A stretch of DNA of 64,000 bases from Candidatus Cloacimonadota bacterium (GTDB taxonomy: Bacteria > Cloacimonadota > Cloacimonadia > Cloacimonadales > PWNZ01), in assembly GCA_003564155.1 (NCBI GenBank), contig PWOA01000103.1, positions 9,875 to 73,874 on the forward strand, given 5' to 3'. The position numbers and the translations under genes are program-made. The notes beneath the pieces were generated by a model, which was given only the letters and a program-made list of their open reading frames with translations, made no database searches and was not told the origin of the DNA. Shown here piece by piece: positions 10,185-18,881 of this stretch (positions within the stretch are counted from its first letter, which is position 1; each line of letters opens with the position of its first letter).

Positions 10185-11288
10185 TCAATCGACAATTTCA
10201 ATGCTAATAATATTTTGCATTGCAATATCTTGAAGAATGCTTTGTATTTCTTCCATCCTATATACTCTGCCGTTATGCTCAATAATACCACTAGGAACAA
10301 AACCTGAGGCAATTAAATCCATAATTTCAGGTTGATTAAAACTCATCAGTAAAAACAAAATATCATTAATGATTTTTCCGTCGTTATCATTATCATTAGA
10401 GCTGTAACGGAATGCGTAATACTGACTGGTAATTTCAGATGTAGTTAACTCTGCAGGATCTATTATGGATGTTGATACTTGCCAAGCGTAGTATCTACCG
10501 TCCTTAAGGTCTATAAAATTTGAGTAGAATGTATCACTGAGATTCTCTTCGTTTAAAACTTGATTACCACTTACATCAATAAAACCAGGTGATAAATCAG
10601 AGGAATCTTCAAATTCCGTAACTTGCAAATGAAAAAGATTTTGGGTTCCGGTTAGATTGCTTATCCAATTAAAACTTATTGGACTGCTGCTGATCGTCGG
10701 TATATTAACACCTAAAGGGGTACCAGGACTGATTAGAAATATTCCACCTGGATTGCGCACAACAAAAGTAAAACTTACTTCATTTGACAAACGATTACCT
10801 TCTCTATCTCGAAATTGAGACATGAAGATATATCTACCATCAGGAAATAGACCTGTCTTCAATACTGTGTCACGAATATGAGGGACATTATCAATCACAT
10901 CGGAAATTGATATTGAAGGTGTTGGTCTCGAAAAATCTATTTGATCACTTTCAACAAAAAGATCACGATTTGTAAATATCACGCGTTCACCTTGGCGTAT
11001 TGTCCTTCTATATTGTGTTTTTGTTCCTGGATCTATAATATTGTCATCATTCCACTTGAAAGTAAAATGTAAATAAGGTTCAACAATATCTGCTTCTCCC
11101 GTGTTTTCAGTTGTTAATGTGAAAAAATTCGGTTGGTGATGTGGATTCTTTACATCAAAACTGGATATTCTTAAAACATTGTAATAGTTTGGACCGCGAA
11201 TACTTAAACTCAAAGGAAGATTATTATCTTGTCCGGATAAACTGCTTAAGATAAACAGAATAAAAACTATCCATATATACAATTTCAT
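10185..11288 (-). CDS. secreted protein of unknown function
   Basis: The track ORF runs to 11315. The internal Met at 11288 (MKLYIWIVFILFILSSLSG) gives a clean signal peptide. This is the first gene of the same-strand cluster that ends with the CHASE2 cyclase. Confidence 0.6.
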   Translation of the reverse strand: MKLYIWIVFILFILSSLSGQDNNLPLSLSIRGPNYYNVLRISSFDVKNPHHQPNFFTLTTENTGEADIVEPYLHFTFKWNDDNIIDPGTKTQYRRTIRQGERVIFTNRDLFVESDQIDFSRPTPSISISDVIDNVPHIRDTVLKTGLFPDGRYIFMSQFRDREGNRLSNEVSFTFVVRNPGGIFLISPGTPLGVNIPTISSSPISFNWISNLTGTQNLFHLQVTEFEDSSDLSPGFIDVSGNQVLNEENLSDTFYSNFIDLKDGRYYAWQVSTSIIDPAELTTSEITSQYYAFRYSSNDNDNDGKIINDILFLLMSFNQPEIMDLIASGFVPSGIIEHNGRVYRMEEIQSILQDIAMQNIISIEIVD

Positions 11289-11697
11289 ATCATACTCCTT
11301 ATAAAAGATATACATATTGACTTATAAAACGTAAAACTTGAATTATTTACTCTGTATTAAGCAATATATGCCTAAAATATATTACATTTTACAATTCAAA
11401 CTGACACTCCAAAAAATAAAAAATCACTATATAATCGATGAATTACTACAAACAATTCATCATGGATAACAAATTACACCAAATAATTCTGTCAATAGAA
11501 AAAATCAATTCGAGTGGGTTCATCAATACTTATAATAAAAAGGGTCAACTTAATCGAATATTGAAACAAATTATTTTTCTTGGTGCTTCCCGATGAAGGC
11601 ATTCCTTTAAAATTAACGAAAAATATCTTATAGTATATGTGTAGACATAGTCAGCTTTAGTTGTCAAATGGGGATACCGTCACATGCAAAGTGAATA

Positions 11698-11724
11698 TTA
11701 GCACTCCGATATTTAGATTGACAA
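11698..11724 (+). promoter_or_regulatory. degenerate CIRCE-like element (HrcA operator), upstream copy
   Basis: TTAGCACTC-N9-GATTGACAA. The left arm is perfect and the right arm matches 6 of 9 positions of GAGTGCTAA. Confidence 0.4.
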
Positions 11725-11754
11725 TTATGCCCTGCAAATTATATTGTCTACAGA

Positions 11755-11781
11755 TTAGCAATCGAGTCTATGGAGTGCTAG
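11755..11781 (+). promoter_or_regulatory. CIRCE inverted repeat (HrcA operator)
   Basis: TTAGCAATC-N9-GAGTGCTAG against the consensus TTAGCACTC-N9-GAGTGCTAA. It ends 5 nt before the likely hrcA ATG. Confidence 0.8.
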
Positions 11782-11786
11782 GTATT

Positions 11787-12851
11787 ATGGATAAATATAT
11801 GAAAAAGAATGAAATTAGAGAAAGAAAAGTTCTGATTCATTTGATAGAAGAATATATTAAATATGGGGAGCCTGTATCCTCAAAAATCATATGTGATAAA
11901 TATTTAGATGATGTGAGTCCAGCGACTGTGAGGATTGATTTGCATAAGCTAGAAAAAAAAAGTTTGATTTTTCAACCTCACACTTCTGCCGGGCGCAACC
12001 CAACTATCGCAGGTTATCGTCATTATCTAACAAGTCAGGAGAATAATATATTAAGTATGAGTTATGATCAAGAAAAACTATTGCGTAATATACTAATCTC
12101 ATCATATAAAGACACAGCCACAACACTGCATTATGTCATGCAATTGCTGGCCAAAAGCACGGACCAGTTGAGCTTTGTTGCAGAACCGGAGATAGCTTAT
12201 GGCTTTTTAGATAAACTGGAAGTTTTTAAAATAGCAAACAACAAATTATTATTTGTTGTAAGTTTAGATACTGGTATAGACAAAATAGTTATAATAAATA
12301 CCGATCATGAGATCAATGAGCAGCAACTTAGAGCTTTAGTAAGATATACAAATGAGAGTTTAGCTGGAATGAGAATTTATGATATTCAGAATAAGTATAT
12401 CGAAGAATTGACGGAAAAATCGAATGATGTCAACCAGATATTCAATCATTTCTTACGTGAACTTGAGCGAGCATTGAATGAGATGAGTAATTTTTTCATT
12501 CATTTTGAAGCTGGGATATCATTTCTTGAGCAAAAGGAGTTTGATGAGAAATCATCACTTCTGAGTTTTCTAAGTTTAACCCAACGTCAAGACCAGTTGG
12601 TTAATATGATGCAAAAGGGAATAACAGATAAACCATTTCAAGTGTTACTTGGTGAAGATTTTGTACGTCATGAGTGGTTTAATTATGCTCTTGTATATTC
12701 ACGTTATGAAATGTATGGAATACCGGGTTTTTTGGGAGTATTGTCTCCTGTTAGAATGGATTATCTGAAGAATATCTCCACAGTATATAATATGGCTAAA
12801 ATTATTACAGAGACTACGAAAAAGGGATCTATGGTAATTTCAGGTGATTAG
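11787..12851 (+). CDS. hrcA: heat-inducible transcription repressor HrcA
   Basis: It has an N-terminal winged-helix region (RERKVLIHLIEEYIKYGEPVSS) and heads a grpE-dnaK operon. The track ORF (11661, TTG) would translate through both CIRCE elements, so the ATG at 11787 is preferred. Confidence 0.9.
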   Translation: MDKYMKKNEIRERKVLIHLIEEYIKYGEPVSSKIICDKYLDDVSPATVRIDLHKLEKKSLIFQPHTSAGRNPTIAGYRHYLTSQENNILSMSYDQEKLLRNILISSYKDTATTLHYVMQLLAKSTDQLSFVAEPEIAYGFLDKLEVFKIANNKLLFVVSLDTGIDKIVIINTDHEINEQQLRALVRYTNESLAGMRIYDIQNKYIEELTEKSNDVNQIFNHFLRELERALNEMSNFFIHFEAGISFLEQKEFDEKSSLLSFLSLTQRQDQLVNMMQKGITDKPFQVLLGEDFVRHEWFNYALVYSRYEMYGIPGFLGVLSPVRMDYLKNISTVYNMAKIITETTKKGSMVISGD

Positions 12852-12918
12852 CTTTGATATAATTGGGATTAAATGGATAACGAAGAAATATACAAGAAGA
12901 GTATGAGGTATTATAACT

Positions 12919-13554
12919 ATGGTTAAAAAAAATAAGAAAGAAGAATTAGAGACAAAAAAACCTGATAAGAATGGTATTGATATCTCTCAAAAAGATGAGC
13001 AAAAAGATAAAAACAATACCAAAAAGCAAAAAAAGGATCTAGCCACATTAGAGGATCGATGTAATATCCTTGAACAAGAAAAGGAAGAAGCAAATGGAAA
13101 GTATTTAAGATTACTTGCTGAATTTGAGAATTATCGACGCAGGAATGAAAAAGAACGAGTTAATTGGATAAGAAATGCTAACGAGAAATTCGCTTTGAAG
13201 GTATGTGATGTATTAGATGATTTTGAAAGGGCATTTGAAGCCAAGTACAATGAAGAAAAGGAATCTTCTTTTTATCAAGGGGTAGTATCGATTTATAAAA
13301 AACTAGAAAATATAATCAGATCCGAAGGTTTTGAAAAGATAGTAGCTTTAAATGAGGAATTCAATCCCATGTACCATGAAGCGATTTCTTATATTCAATC
13401 ACCAGCACCGGCAGACACAGTTGTATCAGTTGTTCAGAACGGATATTTTATTGGTAACAAGGTAATCAGAGCTGCCAAGGTGGTCGTGTCATCAGGTCAA
13501 GAAGAAACAAGTGATACTCAAGATCAGCAATCAGATAAGGATAATGGTAACTAA
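12919..13554 (+). CDS. grpE: nucleotide exchange factor GrpE
   Basis: GrpE signature YLRLLAEFENYRRR with a C-terminal beta domain. It lies between hrcA and dnaK. Confidence 0.93.
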   Translation: MVKKNKKEELETKKPDKNGIDISQKDEQKDKNNTKKQKKDLATLEDRCNILEQEKEEANGKYLRLLAEFENYRRRNEKERVNWIRNANEKFALKVCDVLDDFERAFEAKYNEEKESSFYQGVVSIYKKLENIIRSEGFEKIVALNEEFNPMYHEAISYIQSPAPADTVVSVVQNGYFIGNKVIRAAKVVVSSGQEETSDTQDQQSDKDNGN

Positions 13555-13602
13555 GGAGCATAGTTTGATAATAAATAAAATAAATGATAATAAGGAGGAA
13601 TT

Positions 13603-15564
13603 ATGGGAAAAATAATAGGAATAGATCTAGGAACAACTAACTCTTGTGTTAGTGTTATGGAAGGTGGTAAAACGGTTGTTATTGAAAATGCCGAAGGCGG
13701 AAGAACAACTCCTTCAATAGTTGCTTTCACAAAAGACGGACAAAGATTAGTTGGTCAATTGGCAAAAAGACAAGCTATTACAAACTCAAAGAATACAGTA
13801 TATTCGATAAAAAGATTTATGGGACGGAAACTTAGTGAAGTTCCAAATGAATCACAAAATGTAAGTTATAAAGTTGAAGAAGACAAATCCGGTGAGGCTG
13901 TTGTTCGTGTAGGGAGTGAAAACAAAATCTATACACCTCAGCAAATCTCTGCCATGGTTTTGACAAAGATGAAAGAAACTGCTGAATCACATCTTGGCAC
14001 TAAAATTAAAGAAGCTGTAGTTACTGTTCCAGCGTACTTTAATGATGCTCAAAGGCAAGCTACGAAGGATGCAGGTATTATTGCCGGTCTGGATGTAAAA
14101 AGAATCATTAATGAGCCTACTGCAGCAGCTTTAGCATATGGGCTACAGAATAAGAAAGAAGAGAAAGTTGCTGTTTATGATTTAGGTGGTGGAACTTTTG
14201 ATATTTCTATCTTAGATGTAGCTGAAGGTGTCGTCGAAGTATTATCTACTAATGGAGATACCCACTTAGGTGGGGATGATTTCGATCAGAGAATAATGAA
14301 CTGGATTCTTTCAGAGTTTAAAAAACAAGAAGGCATAGACCTCTCGAAAGATGCTATGGCTATGCAAAGATTAAGAGAAGCAGCAGAAAAGGCTAAAGTT
14401 GAACTTTCAGGAACACCAACTACTGATATAAACTTACCTTTTATAACTGCAGATGCCAATGGACCAAAACATTTAAACCTTAATCTCTCAAGATCGGAGT
14501 TTAATAGAATGACTTCTGACTTAGTTGAAAGATCGATTGATCCATGTCGTAAAGCCCTTAAAGATGCTAAATTAAATGTTGGTGATATTGATGAAATAAT
14601 TTTGGTTGGAGGTAGTACAAGAATTCCTGCAGTACAAGAAGCAGTAGAGAAATATTTCAATAAAAAACCTAATAAAAATGTAAACCCTGACGAGGTTGTA
14701 TCTGTTGGTGCAGCAATTCAAGGTGGAATTCTTGCCGGTGATGAAGATTTGAAAGATATTTTATTATTAGATGTAACTCCGCTTTCCCTCGGCATTGAAA
14801 CTTTAGGGGGAGTTATGACTAAACTTATTGAAAGAAATACAACAATTCCAACTAAGAAAAGTCAAATCTTCTCAACAGCTCAAGATAATCAAACGGCAGT
14901 TTCTATAAATGTGCTTCAAGGAGAAAGACCTATGTCTTCTGATAACAGGACATTAGGCAAGTTTGATTTAGTTGATATTCCACCAGCACCTCGAGGAATA
15001 CCGCAAATTGAAGTAACTTTCGATATTGACGCTAATGGAATATTACATGTATCTGCTAAAGATAAAGGTACCGGTAAAGAACAGTCAATACGTATTGAAA
15101 GAACAGGTTCTCTAACTCAGGAAGAGATTGATAAGATGGTCAAGGAAGCTGAAGCACACTCCGAAGAAGACAAGAAAAGAATGGAAACTATTCAAGCAAA
15201 AAATGAATTAGATACACTTATCTTTTCAACTGAAAAAAGCCTAAAAGAACATGGTGATAAACTGTCTGAAGGTGATAGAGGTGAAGTAGAAGCTGCAATT
15301 AAAGAAGCTAAAGAGGTTCATGAAAAAGCTCAAACTCTTGAAGAGTATAAATCAGCACATGAAACATTAGCAAAAAAATCTCAGAAACTTGGTGAAATAA
15401 TTTATCAGGAAATGCAAAAAGAACAGCAAGCAGCAGGTGGAGATACCAAAGAAGAATCTCAACAAACTCAGGAACAGGCTAACGCAGATAAAAATGAAAA
15501 TCAAGCCAGTAAAGAAGATGGTCCCGTTGATGCAGACTATGAAGTTGTTGACGATGATAAATAA
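13603..15564 (+). CDS. dnaK: molecular chaperone DnaK (Hsp70)
   Basis: Canonical Hsp70 motifs are [17 protein letters not shown] and [19 protein letters not shown] lies upstream. Confidence 0.99.
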   Translation: MGKIIGIDLGTTNSCVSVMEGGKTVVIENAEGGRTTPSIVAFTKDGQRLVGQLAKRQAITNSKNTVYSIKRFMGRKLSEVPNESQNVSYKVEEDKSGEAVVRVGSENKIYTPQQISAMVLTKMKETAESHLGTKIKEAVVTVPAYFNDAQRQATKDAGIIAGLDVKRIINEPTAAALAYGLQNKKEEKVAVYDLGGGTFDISILDVAEGVVEVLSTNGDTHLGGDDFDQRIMNWILSEFKKQEGIDLSKDAMAMQRLREAAEKAKVELSGTPTTDINLPFITADANGPKHLNLNLSRSEFNRMTSDLVERSIDPCRKALKDAKLNVGDIDEIILVGGSTRIPAVQEAVEKYFNKKPNKNVNPDEVVSVGAAIQGGILAGDEDLKDILLLDVTPLSLGIETLGGVMTKLIERNTTIPTKKSQIFSTAQDNQTAVSINVLQGERPMSSDNRTLGKFDLVDIPPAPRGIPQIEVTFDIDANGILHVSAKDKGTGKEQSIRIERTGSLTQEEIDKMVKEAEAHSEEDKKRMETIQAKNELDTLIFSTEKSLKEHGDKLSEGDRGEVEAAIKEAKEVHEKAQTLEEYKSAHETLAKKSQKLGEIIYQEMQKEQQAAGGDTKEESQQTQEQANADKNENQASKEDGPVDADYEVVDDDK

Positions 15565-15634
15565 GATGAGCATGTAAGTTGTTCTTAATGTTATATGTAT
15601 AGATTAATTTAGTTAAGCGTTATAAACGATTATT

Positions 15635-15657
15635 GGGGGCACAGATATTGTGCCCCC
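15635..15657 (+). terminator. probable Rho-independent terminator after dnaK
   Basis: GGGGGCACA-GATAT-TGTGCCCCC forms a perfect 9-bp GC-rich stem with a 5-nt loop. An A/T-rich stretch containing a T run follows. Confidence 0.65.
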
Positions 15658-15688
15658 AATTAAAATATTTTTTGTAGAGGTATAATAT

Positions 15689-16846
15689 ATGGCTAAAAGA
15701 GATTATTATGAAGTATTAGGAGTTGATAAAAACGATGATGCAACTACAATCAAAAAGGCTTACCGTAAACTAGCTATTAAATATCATCCGGATAAGAATA
15801 AAGATGATAAAGAAGCTGAAGAAAAATTTAAAGAAGCATCTGAAGCATACGAAATTTTAAGTGATACTGACAAAAGACAGCGCTATGATCAATATGGACA
15901 TGCAGGGGTGCAAGACATGTTCAGTAATGGTGGTTTCTCTTGGAAAGATTTCACTCACACATCTGAATTTAGCGATATTTTTGGTGATGGTTTTGGTAGT
16001 ATATTTGACATGTTTTTCGGTGGTTCTAATAGAGGTAGTTCAAGAGGGGGTGAAAGAGTCTTTAGAGGTGAAGATTTACAAATATCCTTACCTTTAACAT
16101 TGGAAGAGATAGCTACAGGTGTTGAAAAGACAATAAATCTTAAAGTTAAAGACTCATGCAAAAGCTGCGAAGGAACCGGATCTGAAGATAAAAAAATGTC
16201 AACTTGCCGTCAATGTCAAGGATCAGGACAAGTAAGACAGATGCAAAGGTCAATATTTGGTAACATGACGACGATAGTTACTTGCCCGTCTTGTAGAGGT
16301 GAGGGTAAGACTATAACAAAGAAATGCCCGGATTGTAATGGGGAGGGTAGAAAAGTTCATAAAAAAAGTGTTACCGTAAAAATACCTGCAGGTGTTTCAG
16401 AAGGTCAGCATATTCTTCTTAGTAGTTATGGTAATCGAGGATTAAGAGGTGGACCAAAAGGTGATTTGATAATCTTTATTAAGGAAAAAGAAGATGATAC
16501 ATTTATACGTGATGGGTCAAATCTTATTTTAGAGTATCCTATATCATTTTCACAAGCAACATTAGGAGATAAAATTGTCGTTCCCACCTTGACCGGTAAA
16601 GTTAAGATGAATGTTCCTCCCGGAACTCAGTCCGGGAAAAAGTTCAGGCTCACTAACCAAGGATTGCCTGTAGTTAATAGTTCGACAAAGGGTGACCTCT
16701 ATGTTAGCGTCAGAGTTATTACTCCAACTAAACTTAGTAATAAAGAGAAAGAGCTTTTTGAACAGTTAGCGCAATTTGATAAGGATAGAAATATGGCACC
16801 GGGTAAAAATTTTCTAAAGAAAATGAAAGGTTGGTTTACCGGTTAA
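15689..16846 (+). CDS. dnaJ: co-chaperone DnaJ
   Basis: A J domain with HPDKN, a G/F-rich linker and four CxxCxGxG zinc-finger repeats. Confidence 0.97.
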   Translation: MAKRDYYEVLGVDKNDDATTIKKAYRKLAIKYHPDKNKDDKEAEEKFKEASEAYEILSDTDKRQRYDQYGHAGVQDMFSNGGFSWKDFTHTSEFSDIFGDGFGSIFDMFFGGSNRGSSRGGERVFRGEDLQISLPLTLEEIATGVEKTINLKVKDSCKSCEGTGSEDKKMSTCRQCQGSGQVRQMQRSIFGNMTTIVTCPSCRGEGKTITKKCPDCNGEGRKVHKKSVTVKIPAGVSEGQHILLSSYGNRGLRGGPKGDLIIFIKEKEDDTFIRDGSNLILEYPISFSQATLGDKIVVPTLTGKVKMNVPPGTQSGKKFRLTNQGLPVVNSSTKGDLYVSVRVITPTKLSNKEKELFEQLAQFDKDRNMAPGKNFLKKMKGWFTG

Positions 16847-16906
16847 CACCTTATTATTATATATTTATTTTGATGACAATTATCAAGGAATATTTTGAAG
16901 GTAGAT

Positions 16907-17647
16907 ATGCCGAGTTTTTACGTTCCTGAACTTAAGGAGACTGATAGTACTATAAAAATAGAATCGGATGAGTATCACCATATAGTTAAGGTTTTTCGAC
17001 ACAAAGTTAATGATATCATAAATTTAAATAACGGTAAAGGCTTACTGGCTAATGGAAAGATCAGCTATATTGATAAAAGATTATTGGTTATTGATATCCA
17101 AAAGAGAAGACGTTTTCTTAAAAAAGATCCGGCTATATCGGTATATTTTTCCTTATTAAGAAATAAAAATGACCATTTACTTGTTGAAAAGTTAACCGAA
17201 TTAGGAGTTAGAAAATTTTATCCTTTCGTATGTACTAGATCAGTAAAAAAGGATGTTTCAACTGATAAATATCAAAGGATAGCAGTCTCTGCTATAAAGC
17301 AATGTGACAATGCGTGGCTTCCTGAGATTAATGATGTTATCGGTTTTAATGCAATATTTGAAAAAGATGGCAATAATAACGTTGAGAAAGTTTTATTAGC
17401 CGCAACTGAAAGAGAAGCCGATACATACTTAAATAATAATTATCTGTCTAAAGCAATACCCAAAGAGATTGGTATTATTATTGGGCCTGAAGGTGGATTT
17501 ACAGATACTGAACTTTATGCTTTGAAAGAAAACAACATATCTTTGATTTCGTTAGGACAACATATCTTAAGAGCTGAAACAGCGGCAATATGCGCTGTTT
17601 CTCAACTCTTATTGATTGTTAACCTTCATATACCTGATTACTATTAA
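16907..17647 (+). CDS. rsmE: 16S rRNA (uracil1498-N3)-methyltransferase RsmE
   Basis: The N-terminus MPSFYVPE and the C-terminal SPOUT motif IIIGPEGGFT...LGQHILRAETA fit RsmE. The ATG at 16907 has a better RBS (GAAGG) than the TTG at 16895. Confidence 0.85.
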   Translation: MPSFYVPELKETDSTIKIESDEYHHIVKVFRHKVNDIINLNNGKGLLANGKISYIDKRLLVIDIQKRRRFLKKDPAISVYFSLLRNKNDHLLVEKLTELGVRKFYPFVCTRSVKKDVSTDKYQRIAVSAIKQCDNAWLPEINDVIGFNAIFEKDGNNNVEKVLLAATEREADTYLNNNYLSKAIPKEIGIIIGPEGGFTDTELYALKENNISLISLGQHILRAETAAICAVSQLLLIVNLHIPDYY

Positions 17648-17878
17648 TTACATATTTTGACATCAATGTTCGATAAGCTTGCTGATAGACTATTATTGGA
17701 TATTCGCTCTTCCTTTTCTTCTAAAAAATAACTTGCAGAATAATCTTCATATCATTTACTGTCTTATTAAATATAAGAGAAAAATATTTGGAGTATTCAT
17801 TGACGACTCTTTAATTGGGTATACATTAAACGAATTAAACTGATTTATAAATAAAACACCAAAGATAGGAGATAATAG

Positions 17879-18778
17879 TTGGTTTATTACGGTAGAAATA
17901 AAGATATTCAAGTCAAAGTAGGTATAATGAGCTTATTGATAGCTCTAATACTGCTATTTGGCTATGGTTGGTTAAGAGATTGGTATAGTAAGGAAAGAAA
18001 AAGTGAAGTACGTGTTAAGTTTTCTAATGCCGGGAATATTGATATTGGGAATTCCGTGACGATATTTGGTGTAAAGAGAGGTCGAGTTGACGATATATCA
18101 ATTTTACAGGATGGTGTCGTTTTAACGTTATTAATAGATCTTGATTATCCTCTACCTACAGATTCAGATTTCTTAATCAGTGATTCGAACTTGATGGGTA
18201 GCAGACAAGTAGATATTATCCCCGGTAATGCTGACACATATATCAGTGATGATTTTGTAGCTTATGGAGAAAGTCTTAGCAGTTTATCTTCACTATTCCC
18301 AAAAATTGATAGTGTCATATTTGATGTGCAGCAATTACTATCCCTCTTCACTGAAGAAGGGAAAATTTCAAGTTCACTTATAAAAACATTTGAAAAAACA
18401 TATAATATAGCAAATAGAATAGACACTTTATTTATCGATAAAGAAGAAGATATTAATAAAGCTATCGAGAACTTTCTTGAAACTACAAAGAACATAAACT
18501 ATTTAATAGCGGAAAACAAAGATACAATAACATCAACGTTAAAAATTGCTTCTAGTGGATTCGAAAGATTTGAAGAATTGCTTGTTAGATTAGATGAAAT
18601 TCTAACAACTATAGAACCTTTAGGAGATGTTGTATCTGAAGAGAAGGGCTCTTTATATCGGATAATGTATCAAGAAGATCTTTATGAAAAGATGATAAAT
18701 GTTACAACCGAATTAGATTCCTTATTGATTGATATCCGTGAAAATCCTGGTCGCTATTTCAGGTTTAGACTGTTTTGA
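17879..18778 (+). CDS. MCE/MlaD-family protein (single MCE domain plus helical C-terminal region)
   Basis: An N-terminal TM helix is followed by an MCE-like beta-barrel segment (VRVKFSNAGNIDIGNSVTIFGVKRGRVDDI). AGGAG lies 7 nt before the TTG start. Confidence 0.7.
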   Translation: MVYYGRNKDIQVKVGIMSLLIALILLFGYGWLRDWYSKERKSEVRVKFSNAGNIDIGNSVTIFGVKRGRVDDISILQDGVVLTLLIDLDYPLPTDSDFLISDSNLMGSRQVDIIPGNADTYISDDFVAYGESLSSLSSLFPKIDSVIFDVQQLLSLFTEEGKISSSLIKTFEKTYNIANRIDTLFIDKEEDINKAIENFLETTKNINYLIAENKDTITSTLKIASSGFERFEELLVRLDEILTTIEPLGDVVSEEKGSLYRIMYQEDLYEKMINVTTELDSLLIDIRENPGRYFRFRLF

Positions 18779-18881
18779 TCATGCATGTTCTTGTCTATTT
18801 ATGAAATAGCAATAATAAGTATTAAGATCTTTGAATAACTGAAGAAAGTGATTTTCTTTTGTAGTTAAGTTAGGAGGCTGT

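Noticed and set aside
11661-11786. The N-terminal 42-codon extension of hrcA from a TTG start.
   Set aside because: It is translated across two CIRCE operator sequences and has no similarity to the HrcA N-terminus. The ATG at 11787 is preferred.
14286-14660. A 124-aa minus-strand ORF inside dnaK. Similar antisense or off-frame ORFs occur inside dnaJ, the P-type ATPase (39321-39749, 39897-40121), MlaE (45620-45973), NatB-CPBP (52387-53165), umuC (59666-59977, 60405-60644) and elsewhere.
   Set aside because: All are embedded in well-supported genes on the other strand or in another frame, and they have no independent signals. They are treated as spurious.
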